A stretch of 64,000 nucleotides of DNA from positions 7,534 to 71,533 of IMG/VR virus record IMGVR_UViG_3300010158_000061. The stretch is one strand, 5' to 3'. The stretch comes from a virus. Made by a program: the position numbers and the translations under genes. Of this stretch, positions 8,677-17,565 are shown piece after piece; the stretch's first letter is position 1, and each line of letters starts with the position of its first letter. The notes under the pieces are model-generated. The model had not been told where the DNA came from and searched no databases. It saw nothing but the letters and a program-made list of their open reading frames with translations.

Positions 8677-9790
8677 GATTAGAATAGATGAAATTTATAA
8701 CAACACATTCTGGCCTTGGATTAGAAAAAATATTCCTGGTTTCCGAATTCTTGCTTGTGATCCGTTTGGCCGGAGTGATCCGGATAGCGTAATTACATAT
8801 GGTAGAGATGATGCGCATGAACACAATTATATATTCTTTTTTGACCAAGAGCCAATTCATTTGAACATACACATGGCTACTTTTGATCGTGTTAGGGAAT
8901 ATACATATGATATTACCCATCGGCATTATCCTAAACTTAGAGGATTTGGAGCAATATGTACTAGTGAAAAAAATAGTGATAATGTAGATTAATTATGGTC
9001 GGAAGATAATTGGAAAAATTATTATTATTTCTTCCATGGTTGGGCTGCACTGGATTGGTATCGTGGTTATGATAGAACATTTTTGATACCACCACTTAAT
9101 CAACGCAAAATAACTAGAACTTTTATTGCACCTAATCGTATTGTTGCGGGTGAGCGAAGACATCGATTAGAAATGTTGTATCATATATTTAAAAATCGCA
9201 TGCTTGACAATCACATCAGTTGCCCTGTTATATGTCCTGCGGAAAACATAAGTATCTACGATGCTGTAAAACCTTTAATATCCAAGTATCCTGACATAGA
9301 ATCTGTGTTTGCTGAACAACAGTTGCCAATCAACTTTGCAGGCGAAACTGATCATCCCATGCACTCGTGTTGGTTGAGCTTGTTTAATGAGTCTGCAGAA
9401 AGTTTATTGTACTTGATTACCGAAACTGTGTACACAGGACGTAGACATCACTTGACAGAAAAAACATTCAAGCCCATAGCACTAGGAATGCCGTTTGTGA
9501 TTGTAGGAACTCGTGGCAGTTTAGAATATTTGCGTAGTTATGGCTTCCGCACATTTGAAGGCATATGGGATGAGAGTTACGACCTTGAGCAAGATGAAGT
9601 GCGTATCAAACGCATTGCCAGTTTATTGCGTAGTCTAGATGAATTGCCAGTTGAGGCCAAACAAGACCTGTTTAATCAAGCACAAGAAGTCATAAAGCAC
9701 AACTGGAATCATTTTTATAACGGCGGGTTTGAAGCCGTGCTGTGGATGGAACTACAGGAGATGTTGAATGGAATTGAATCTAATCAGTGA
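8675..9790 (+). pseudogene. GT10-like glycosyltransferase-like gene interrupted by in-frame TAA (8990-8992)
   Basis: ORFs 8675-8992 and 9083-9790 are in the same frame and the gap translates openly (LWSEDNWKNYYYFFHGWAALDWYRGYDRTFL). The C-terminus carries LTEKTFKPI..GMPFVIVG...GFRTF...WDESYD. Confidence 0.7.
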
Positions 9791-10952
9791 TCGTGTGGTA
9801 CAAGGTAAGTTGTATCCTGCAGGTGCCACGTGGAACGCTATTCCCTACACACAAGGCTGGCGGGAGTTTGAACGTCATTGGCCGAATACTGTGCCGTTAA
9901 GGCTACAAGAATACTGCGAACATCATGGCGGTAGAATAAACATTCAACGCATCAACACTTACCTGCCCAACAACACCTACTATGCTGTGGGCATAGGATT
10001 TTTTAACTTTGATGTAGATTACTTTGATTTAATTCCCGATGAAATACTCACACAAGTGTGGATGCGTAGTATACGTGTGTTGTTTTACTATCATGAAGGT
10101 GATAATCCTGCTCGTATCAAACAGCGACTAGATGAACTTGTGGTACATCATGATCTAGCCGCTGATAGTTATGTGTTTGTGAGTGGTAATACTGCCGCTA
10201 AAAACATTCCAGGATTTTTTTATTTTCCTGACTTTGAGCTATGGTACTATCAACGCAATCGACACGAAACTGCATTGCCTGTACACACACAACCAAGGTC
10301 TCGAGACTTTACTGCATTGGTACGACTACACAAAAGTTGGCGTGCCACTATAATAGCTGATTTATTTCGCAACAATCTATTGCTCAACAGTTACTGGAGT
10401 TATTGTGAACGTCCTGAAAAAATAGAATTGCATGCTGATAATCCTATAGAAATAGATACCATTGGCATGCACATGGAAACTGTGAAGTTTTTAACTTATG
10501 GACCTTACTTGAGTGACACCCTTGACAATGCACAACGTAACGATCATTCACAAACCGAAAGCAAATACCACACTGACAGTTATTGCAACATTGTGATAGA
10601 AACACACTGGGATGCCGATCAATCAGGTGGTTCATTCCTAACAGAAAAAACATTCAAGCCTATCAAACACGGGCAAATGTTTTTTGTAGCAGGCTGTGCT
10701 GGCAGTTTACAAACCTTAAGAGAACTTGGATATTGTGTGTTTGATGGCATACTAGACAACAGTTACGATCTCGAAACTGACAATACTCAAAGATGGATTC
10801 GATTGAAGTCGGCTATCGCACAAGCCTCCACTGACTTGCCTGCGCTGTTTGAACGTGCAACAGCAGACATAGAACACAACCAACGGTTATTTCTTGCCGC
10901 CAAGACAGACCGCTTAAATATCCTACTCGAGCAGTTAAATGAACCCTATTAA
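9768..10952 (+). CDS. GT10-like glycosyltransferase-like protein
   Basis: CNIVIET...FLTEKTFKPIKHGQMFFVAG.AGSL..LRELGY.VFD..LDNSYD. Confidence 0.6.
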   Translation: MELNLISDRVVQGKLYPAGATWNAIPYTQGWREFERHWPNTVPLRLQEYCEHHGGRINIQRINTYLPNNTYYAVGIGFFNFDVDYFDLIPDEILTQVWMRSIRVLFYYHEGDNPARIKQRLDELVVHHDLAADSYVFVSGNTAAKNIPGFFYFPDFELWYYQRNRHETALPVHTQPRSRDFTALVRLHKSWRATIIADLFRNNLLLNSYWSYCERPEKIELHADNPIEIDTIGMHMETVKFLTYGPYLSDTLDNAQRNDHSQTESKYHTDSYCNIVIETHWDADQSGGSFLTEKTFKPIKHGQMFFVAGCAGSLQTLRELGYCVFDGILDNSYDLETDNTQRWIRLKSAIAQASTDLPALFERATADIEHNQRLFLAAKTDRLNILLEQLNEPY

Positions 10953-11976
10953 TTCTTATACCAGTTGGCAACCACTTGACGAAGTCATAGTCGGCCGTGC
11001 GTACAGTCCTGATTACTTTGACTTCATAGAAAACGCACAAGTGCGCAATCAGCTTCAGCAAATTCTTGCTGAGACTGAAGAAGACCTTGCTAACTTACAG
11101 AATACAATAGAAAAGTTTGGTGCTCGAGTACGTCGTCCTGCCTTGCCCAACCGTGACAAATTTATTAAAGAACAAATGTGTGGTCATGGTGCACCGCTTC
11201 CTCCTCTTACTCCAAGAGATTGGCAAATTACACTTGGTGACAAATTATTGCGAGTATTAGCAATACAAGAACTTGATGGCTTGTGCCAAGAATACGAGTC
11301 ACAAGGTGGTGTCGTTGTTAATCCACATGGTCCCACAGGTTGGGATGAAAACTGTATCCTTAACCAAGCGTCAGCAAGTTGTATTGTGCGTGTGGGTCGT
11401 GATGTATTCTTTGACAACTCAGACTTTTTACGTCCAGATCAAACAGCATGGATTGTAAACAATGTATTAGGCTCTGAATATCGTGTGCATGAAGCCGTCA
11501 CTGATGGCCATGGCGATGCTGTGTTTGCCATACTCAAACCCGGTGTTATCCTATCAAGCAAACATGATGTTAACTTGGACCTAGCAAAAGACTTTCCTGG
11601 ATGGGACGTATGCAAGATATGGGATTCAAGTATCTGGGCTGCTATGGAGGTTGGCAAATTCAAGTATGAACAATCACCAGGTGCTTGGTATGTGCAAGGG
11701 CAAACACCTACCGCAGAGTTTACAGAGTTTGTAAACACATACCTAACCAAGTGGACTGGCTTTGTTGCTGAAACTGTGTTTGATGTCAACTGCCTTGTAC
11801 TAGACGAATCACACGTTATCTTTTCAGCATTCAACAAGGAAGTGTTTGACTATTGCCGTAAACACAAAATAGAGCCTATCATTAGCGAACTGCGTCACAG
11901 TTACTTCTGGGACGGTGGCATCTCATGTTGCACACAAGACATCCGCCGTCGTGGTGGATTAGAAACATATCTATAA
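10939..11976 (+). CDS. amidinotransferase (glycine / inosamine-phosphate amidinotransferase family)
   Basis: N-terminal NSYTSWQPLDEVIVG, PRD, HGD, and C-terminal GGISCCTQDIRR carrying the catalytic Cys; pentein-fold signatures. Confidence 0.85.
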   Translation: MNPINSYTSWQPLDEVIVGRAYSPDYFDFIENAQVRNQLQQILAETEEDLANLQNTIEKFGARVRRPALPNRDKFIKEQMCGHGAPLPPLTPRDWQITLGDKLLRVLAIQELDGLCQEYESQGGVVVNPHGPTGWDENCILNQASASCIVRVGRDVFFDNSDFLRPDQTAWIVNNVLGSEYRVHEAVTDGHGDAVFAILKPGVILSSKHDVNLDLAKDFPGWDVCKIWDSSIWAAMEVGKFKYEQSPGAWYVQGQTPTAEFTEFVNTYLTKWTGFVAETVFDVNCLVLDESHVIFSAFNKEVFDYCRKHKIEPIISELRHSYFWDGGISCCTQDIRRRGGLETYL

Positions 11977-12083
11977 TGCTGTATAAATTTAGTGTTGAGG
12001 GTAAACTACTTGTATGCAATAATAACTGTGGTCCAAAAACGTTAACAACAAAATCCAAAATTGCTTCTTCAAGGGCCACATGA
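11976..12083 (+). CDS. 35-aa micro-ORF (MLYKFSVEGKLLVCNNNCGPKTLTTKSKIASSRAT)
   Basis: Not in the ORF track. TAATG overlap with the amidinotransferase stop and ATGA overlap with the radical SAM start; it exactly fills the gap. Confidence 0.5.
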   Translation: MLYKFSVEGKLLVCNNNCGPKTLTTKSKIASSRAT

Positions 12084-13102
12084 CATCGCTTGTTATTCCA
12101 ATTGCCAATCAACACAGTTACACACAAATACCACGCAATCAAGACTTAAAACTTAAGATTGACAATAGTTGCAATTGGCCCAGCCGAACTCTAGTGATCG
12201 ATCATGCTGGTAATTGCTTTGTGTGTCAATGCGAAGCATGGTTACCCGTCAGTGTTGGTCGGATAACCGACTTTGATTCATTAAAAGCAGTTTGGCAATC
12301 TCCTACAGCGCAATACCTACAACAAGATATCAACGACAAGAAGTTTACACATTGTGCAGTAGATCGTTGCGGTATAATACACAACAACAATATACTAGAC
12401 GAATATACTATCTATATCAACATTGATCCCAGTTGCAATTTAGCCTGCCCAAGTTGTCGCAAAGACAGTATAATGATTGCAGATGGTGAATTATATGAAC
12501 GTAGACTTACGGAAGTTAAACATGTGGTTGCGTTGTTAGAAAAGTTTGATCAGCCCATACGCATCGTCATGAGTGGCAATGGTGATCCATTGGCAAGTGC
12601 TATCATGAGACCATTAATAAAGCAATTTCGTCCTAGCCCCAATCAACGCATTAGATTATTTACCAACGGATTGTTATTGGAAAAACAACTTGCGGATAGT
12701 ACTGTATTAAACAGCATAGATCAGTTTATGTTGAGCATTGATGCAGGCAGTGAGCAGGTGTATGAAAACGTTCGCAGACCCGGACGGTTTGATGTGTTGA
12801 TGCGTAATTTACAATGGCTCAAACCACTAGGTCGCAATGTGTCATTGAACTTTGTGCTACAACAGGCCAATTGGTCCGATCTAGAAAACTTTCTGAGGCT
12901 GGCCGAACAATTTGGTTACTGGCCAAACATCACTCGACTGGAAGATTGGGGCACGTGGGCAGAGTTTGCAGATCAGGATGTGATAGGCAATTCTGAACAT
13001 CCAGACCATTTGTTTGCTGTACAAGAACTGCGTAGAGTTCATGCCATGTATCCTAAAGCGGGCTGGGGTTCAAGCCTGCCACTTGATTTTGCTAGGGTTT
13101 AG
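12080..13102 (+). CDS. radical SAM enzyme with N-terminal Twitch/SPASM-like domain (singleton type)
   Basis: CNLACPSC (CxxxCxxC), GNGDPL, TNG; N-terminal CNWP...GNCFVCQC...CAVDRC. Confidence 0.9.
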   Translation: MTSLVIPIANQHSYTQIPRNQDLKLKIDNSCNWPSRTLVIDHAGNCFVCQCEAWLPVSVGRITDFDSLKAVWQSPTAQYLQQDINDKKFTHCAVDRCGIIHNNNILDEYTIYINIDPSCNLACPSCRKDSIMIADGELYERRLTEVKHVVALLEKFDQPIRIVMSGNGDPLASAIMRPLIKQFRPSPNQRIRLFTNGLLLEKQLADSTVLNSIDQFMLSIDAGSEQVYENVRRPGRFDVLMRNLQWLKPLGRNVSLNFVLQQANWSDLENFLRLAEQFGYWPNITRLEDWGTWAEFADQDVIGNSEHPDHLFAVQELRRVHAMYPKAGWGSSLPLDFARV

Positions 13103-13697
13103 GGTCGCCTGGACGATGCCAAGTTGGTTGGATGTGCAGGTGTTTTTGATACAATTTTATATCCTGGCCTAGGAAGTTTTTTGTCAAATATCTGATCAGC
13201 ATTGGGTGTTGTAGTTTAAGATCATCTAATTGTATTCTCATTGCCTTTTTATCTTCGCCTGCTGTCCATAGTCGCGGTATATCTTGTGTGATTTGAACTC
13301 CGTGCGCATTTAAAAAATTTTTTACTAGTTGTTCATATTTGTAATAGCTTTGATCTATAATAAAAAAAGTAGTTCGATCTAGTACGTTGGCAGGAATCAT
13401 TTGACTAACACTATAACTGTGTTCGTCAAACACTGCACTGACAAACAACTTGTTAACACCAGGATTGTCAAGCAATTCTCGTTGATCAGTTCTACACAGA
13501 TATTCTACCACTCCCATGGTATGTCGTGCTTGGGGGTCGCGCAACAATCCAAAAAACTTTAATTGTGTAAGGTCTACAGTGGGTCTGAATAGATCTTCTT
13601 TGATCCATCCTAGATTGTCAAATACATGCTGCCAAGTGGTGCAGGCGTTTTTGGCAATAGATATCCAAGCAAGACGGTTGTTGTGATGAAAGTACAT
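13092..13697 (-). CDS. sulfotransferase family 2-like protein
   Basis: IAKNACTT (5'-PSB-like), LRDPQARH (3'-PB-like) and DEH. Confidence 0.6.
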   Translation of the reverse strand: MYFHHNNRLAWISIAKNACTTWQHVFDNLGWIKEDLFRPTVDLTQLKFFGLLRDPQARHTMGVVEYLCRTDQRELLDNPGVNKLFVSAVFDEHSYSVSQMIPANVLDRTTFFIIDQSYYKYEQLVKNFLNAHGVQITQDIPRLWTAGEDKKAMRIQLDDLKLQHPMLIRYLTKNFLGQDIKLYQKHLHIQPTWHRPGDPKP

Positions 13698-13698
13698 G

Positions 13699-14964
13699 TT
13701 ATTTCCACTCCTGATTTAACCAAGGAAACAGTGAGCGCCAGTCGGTTCCCCTGCGTCGATCTATTTCAGTCAAATAAACTTTTAAATCATCAATGCGTGT
13801 CTGATTTCGAGGTCCAGATTGTATCTGTTTTATAATTCCTTGCATGTGCTCTATTGCACTTAGTTCCGAAGGTTTAGTTGCAGGCATTGCGGCTATAATA
13901 CGTTCAAAATCTTCATTAAAAACTCCTGCTCCGAAAATATCTGGAACCATTTCGGGAGGAGTCATAACACTCATAAAACTAAAATTAATATCATTCCGAT
14001 GATTACGTAGACCATTCCAAATTTTAATTCGCTCTATTAGTTCTGGTAATGTTTTAATTGTTAGTGCAGAAATAGCAGTATTAACACACATCACAATCCA
14101 GTTTTTGTCTAGTAAATATTCCCAATTTTCTTGCCACTCTTCTAAGTCCAATCCCCATCGCACGTATTCTTGTTGCGGTCCCCATGCATCTATTGACCCT
14201 GTAATTTGCAAACGTTTTAATGCACCATTCTCAACCATTGTGCCAAATCGATCTATGTATTGACGAAACTTTTTAGGGGGAACTTTGAGGTTGGTAATAA
14301 TATTAAATGTCAACTCGGGATTAGGATGTGCTTCCCAAAAGTCTATACTGATGTCAAACTCCTTTTGAAAGAACGGCTCTCCTCCTAGTATTTGATAATA
14401 TCGTATGTGTTTGTATCGATCTTTTTCTTCAAGGTATTTCCAAAAATCTGCCAGCATACGATCATAGTTGGGATTCCATGTTTGATTGTGCCCAAAATTT
14501 ACATTACCTTTTTTAAACACACCAAATCTCTTGTTTTCTTCTTCCCATTTACTTGAAAAATGGCTGCCACAATACAAACATGCCATGTTACAAGTGTTAT
14601 TAAAATAAACTTCTAGTATAGTTGGTACAACTTCCACTGCATCTGGATCAACCAACAACTCTATAGGAGTACGATCTTTTTCATGTCCAGCATGCAGTTG
14701 ATACTGACGATCACTCATGCCACCAGCAGTTTCAATTTTTTCACAGTACTGACATCCACCTTGTGGCCACTCACTATTTTTCATCATTTCACGTGCGGCT
14801 ATTTTGTTGGGAAGATTATGAAAACTTGCAAAATTATCCACAGGAATTTTTGCTTGATCTGTTCGATGACAACTACTACTGGTGCCTTGTCCAAGATAAA
14901 CTGTGCTCCATGCCCATTTTAATAAACATGCTGTGTCGGATTTGATTGGGAATACTCTATTCAT
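13699..14964 (-). CDS. N-Twitch radical SAM enzyme, subfamily B (start corrected to ATG 14964)
   Basis: TACLLKWAWST...SCHR...GCQYC; CNMACLYC; GGEPF; C-terminal DRRRGTDWRSLFPWL. Confidence 0.92.
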   Translation of the reverse strand: MNRVFPIKSDTACLLKWAWSTVYLGQGTSSSCHRTDQAKIPVDNFASFHNLPNKIAAREMMKNSEWPQGGCQYCEKIETAGGMSDRQYQLHAGHEKDRTPIELLVDPDAVEVVPTILEVYFNNTCNMACLYCGSHFSSKWEEENKRFGVFKKGNVNFGHNQTWNPNYDRMLADFWKYLEEKDRYKHIRYYQILGGEPFFQKEFDISIDFWEAHPNPELTFNIITNLKVPPKKFRQYIDRFGTMVENGALKRLQITGSIDAWGPQQEYVRWGLDLEEWQENWEYLLDKNWIVMCVNTAISALTIKTLPELIERIKIWNGLRNHRNDINFSFMSVMTPPEMVPDIFGAGVFNEDFERIIAAMPATKPSELSAIEHMQGIIKQIQSGPRNQTRIDDLKVYLTEIDRRRGTDWRSLFPWLNQEWK

Positions 14965-16442
14965 GAACAAACTTTTACACTATACAACTGTTCAAATCTA
15001 TCTGCATCTGTTCTGTTGTTAACCATGGGCTCACCACGTATGTTCAGACTGGTGTTGAGCAACATGGGACACCCAGTCATTACAAACCACTTTTCAAGGA
15101 GTTCTCTAATTCCCGATCCATCTTTAGGAACAGTCTGTACCCTACTAGTACCATCAATATGAATGATAGCAGGAAATAACTCAGGAATCCTGCAACGAGC
15201 GACTGACTGCATATACCTACTGTTACTCCAGCCACTAGGCATATCAAAGTAACTATCAGCCAACTCCTCCAAAACAACTGGCGCAAAGGGTCTGAATTGT
15301 TGTCTACGTTTGATGTCATTTACTCGTTCCTTTATATTGTGCCCACGTGGGTCGGCTAACAAACTTCTGTTGCCTAGGGCCCTGGGTCCGAACTCGGCCC
15401 TGCCACTAGCAACACCAACAATGCCGTCGCTAACAAGATAATCCAAAACGGCGTTAACAGGATAAGGCCCGTCAATGTTATGACCAAGGTAAGCGTCCCT
15501 CCAATTAACACGATGGCCGTAAGCCAAGGCGGCAGCACCAAGGCTACTACCAGCATCACCAGGACAAGGCATAATCCAAAGTCTATCAAAGTATTCTCCT
15601 AAGAAACGATTAGCGGTGCAATTCAGTGCCACCCCACCCATATATACCAAATTTTCACTAAAGTTGAATTGTTGAGCACGAAGCATTACTTCACGTATGA
15701 GATCTTCTGTTACTAATTGTGCCGCAGCCGCAATGTCTTCGTTGGTGGCACTAGATAAAAAATCACTATCAAATCCTGTGTGTAGATTATTCTTAAACTT
15801 TATTTGTTTGAGATCTTGTACAACTGACATGTTCATAGCTTGGTACCAGTGATTGCGACCCCAGGCAGCCATGCCCATGGTGATGTATTCTTCGTCTAGT
15901 GGGTGTAGGCCAACACGCTGAGTAATTGCACTATAAAACAACCCAATGGAGTGTGGATAAACTTGAGTCCATAATCGACGATACTTTGCCATGCCCTTTG
16001 AATCATATTCTGCACCCCATATTGATATTGTGTCCCATTCACCTATTGCATCAATTACTACTACTGTGGCACGATCAAATGGGCTTGTTTGAAAACCTGC
16101 TGCCGCATGCGATAGGTGATGATTGTAATTTTTAATCTTTAAATGCGGAAATATCAAGCCGGGTATTTGTTTTTGTAGTATTTGCCGGACTGTTAACTTA
16201 TCCCACTCTAGCCCTTGTCCTGCATACAGTTGGCGCAGTTGTTTTGACCAAGGACGTTCATAATAAGCAATTGTATCTATTTCTTGGTCATAGAGCTCTT
16301 CTACTAGTCCTTGACAAATATTAGCATCGTTTTTAATTTTGCTGTAACGTTCACTGTGTCCAGCAAATAGTATATCGCCACGACAATCGATTATGGTGGC
16401 TGCTGCATCATGAAATCCAGCACTAATACCAAGTATGTTCAT
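14961..16442 (-). CDS. carbamoyltransferase, NodU/CmcH/TobZ family
   Basis: GISAGFHDAAA, HHLSHAAA, DAIGE, GGVALN, PGDAG, EFGPRALGNRS, KRRQQFRPFAP, HIDGTSRVQTV, LLNTSLN. Confidence 0.96.
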   Translation of the reverse strand: MNILGISAGFHDAAATIIDCRGDILFAGHSERYSKIKNDANICQGLVEELYDQEIDTIAYYERPWSKQLRQLYAGQGLEWDKLTVRQILQKQIPGLIFPHLKIKNYNHHLSHAAAGFQTSPFDRATVVVIDAIGEWDTISIWGAEYDSKGMAKYRRLWTQVYPHSIGLFYSAITQRVGLHPLDEEYITMGMAAWGRNHWYQAMNMSVVQDLKQIKFKNNLHTGFDSDFLSSATNEDIAAAAQLVTEDLIREVMLRAQQFNFSENLVYMGGVALNCTANRFLGEYFDRLWIMPCPGDAGSSLGAAALAYGHRVNWRDAYLGHNIDGPYPVNAVLDYLVSDGIVGVASGRAEFGPRALGNRSLLADPRGHNIKERVNDIKRRQQFRPFAPVVLEELADSYFDMPSGWSNSRYMQSVARCRIPELFPAIIHIDGTSRVQTVPKDGSGIRELLEKWFVMTGCPMLLNTSLNIRGEPMVNNRTDADRFEQLYSVKVCS

Positions 16443-16540
16443 TTGTAAATGAAAGGATCTCGTTTGCGTAGTTCTTTTAATTTTTTACGATAACGTATTT
16501 CTAAAATGATCCTATCCCAAATTCTTCTAATCCAATTCAT
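16439..16540 (-). CDS. 33-aa basic micro-protein (MNWIRRIWDRIILEIRYRKKLKELRKRDPFIYK)
   Basis: Not in the ORF track. GGAG Shine-Dalgarno upstream and ATGA overlaps on both sides; PFIY ending recalls SxtK/DUF5989 peptides. Confidence 0.75.
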   Translation of the reverse strand: MNWIRRIWDRIILEIRYRKKLKELRKRDPFIYK

Positions 16541-17565
16541 TTCAATCTCCTAATTTGTTGTTCCGCATAGTCTGTATCGTTCCATTGATAGTTATATATA
16601 GTTTCTCCCCAACTCGTACTTATTCTATACACATCCTGATGAGAGTCTAATTGCTTCCATATCGCACGATAATCTGTAGTACCAAAACTACGTTTTAAAT
16701 CTACCTGTGCTACTTGTGGATGCCCGATTGTCAATGATTTATCTGCTGGGTCAAACCCGTTGTCTATCAACCATTGTTTAAATTCGGCAAGTTTTTTAAT
16801 TTGCCAAGGAAATGTGCCAGGATTGTTTGCCCATTCAATATCAAAGTCTCCAGCGGCTTCGGTTTGACTGCGCATGCTGGTGGTCACTAATTCGACGATG
16901 CTTCGACCTTCGTCGTTAAATACTTCCCAGTGTGCTTTGCCAATTGCTTTATTTACGCCCACGTAGACTCCGCCTAATTTCCTGTTAATTGTTTCTATAC
17001 CAAAAAATTCGTAATCTTCTTTGCCTAATACAAATCTTGGTGCGTTTAGCCAACACATGAGTTGACTGGGTCTTTGCCACTCAGGTGCTTCACGTTGTTT
17101 TCTTAGACTCAACACTAGGCTTTCGTATTCGTGGCACAACAAATTCAATTGGCGTATGTGCCAGCGTGTGTAATCATCTGCGGCTGTGTAATACGGACTC
17201 ATTGCACCCGATACACCTTGTAAATCTTCAAAATATCTATGCAGTTGATTCATGTGGTCATGATCAACATCACCATTGGCTATAATTGTGTTTGAGGGAC
17301 TAAACCAATCACGTATGATATATCCTAGATTAGCATTATTAATAGCCACGACCGCACGATTCATTTGGGTACAAAGATAATCAACAGTACGTTCTGATTC
17401 AGGAAATCCTAAAAAACAGTAATTTTTTTCTAGGTGCAAATCATCACGAATAATTCCGTTTAATGCCGTTAGCCACTTACGTGACAAGCTATTGTCTTCT
17501 ACGTCAATATGCACGGTCAACACATTGTCCGGACCGCGTAAGTCTATTTCTATATGATCAAGCAA
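16537..17565 (-). CDS. hypothetical protein (342 aa)
   Basis: Long coupled ORF in the operon with His/Glu motifs (LHRYFEDL, LCHEYES); no family recognised. Confidence 0.8.
   Translation of the reverse strand: MLDHIEIDLRGPDNVLTVHIDVEDNSLSRKWLTALNGIIRDDLHLEKNYCFLGFPESERTVDYLCTQMNRAVVAINNANLGYIIRDWFSPSNTIIANGDVDHDHMNQLHRYFEDLQGVSGAMSPYYTAADDYTRWHIRQLNLLCHEYESLVLSLRKQREAPEWQRPSQLMCWLNAPRFVLGKEDYEFFGIETINRKLGGVYVGVNKAIGKAHWEVFNDEGRSIVELVTTSMRSQTEAAGDFDIEWANNPGTFPWQIKKLAEFKQWLIDNGFDPADKSLTIGHPQVAQVDLKRSFGTTDYRAIWKQLDSHQDVYRISTSWGETIYNYQWNDTDYAEQQIRRLK

Noticed and set aside
8990-8992. Genome-wide stop-codon reassignment
   Set aside because: Only one interrupted gene is seen; TAA, TGA and TAG all end genes at coupled junctions and very long ORFs are intact under code 11.
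10939-16540. Saxitoxin gene cluster
   Set aside because: Shares enzyme classes with SxtG/SxtI/SxtK/SxtN, but there is no SxtA-like PKS or other core gene, and the context is glycosyltransferase-rich.
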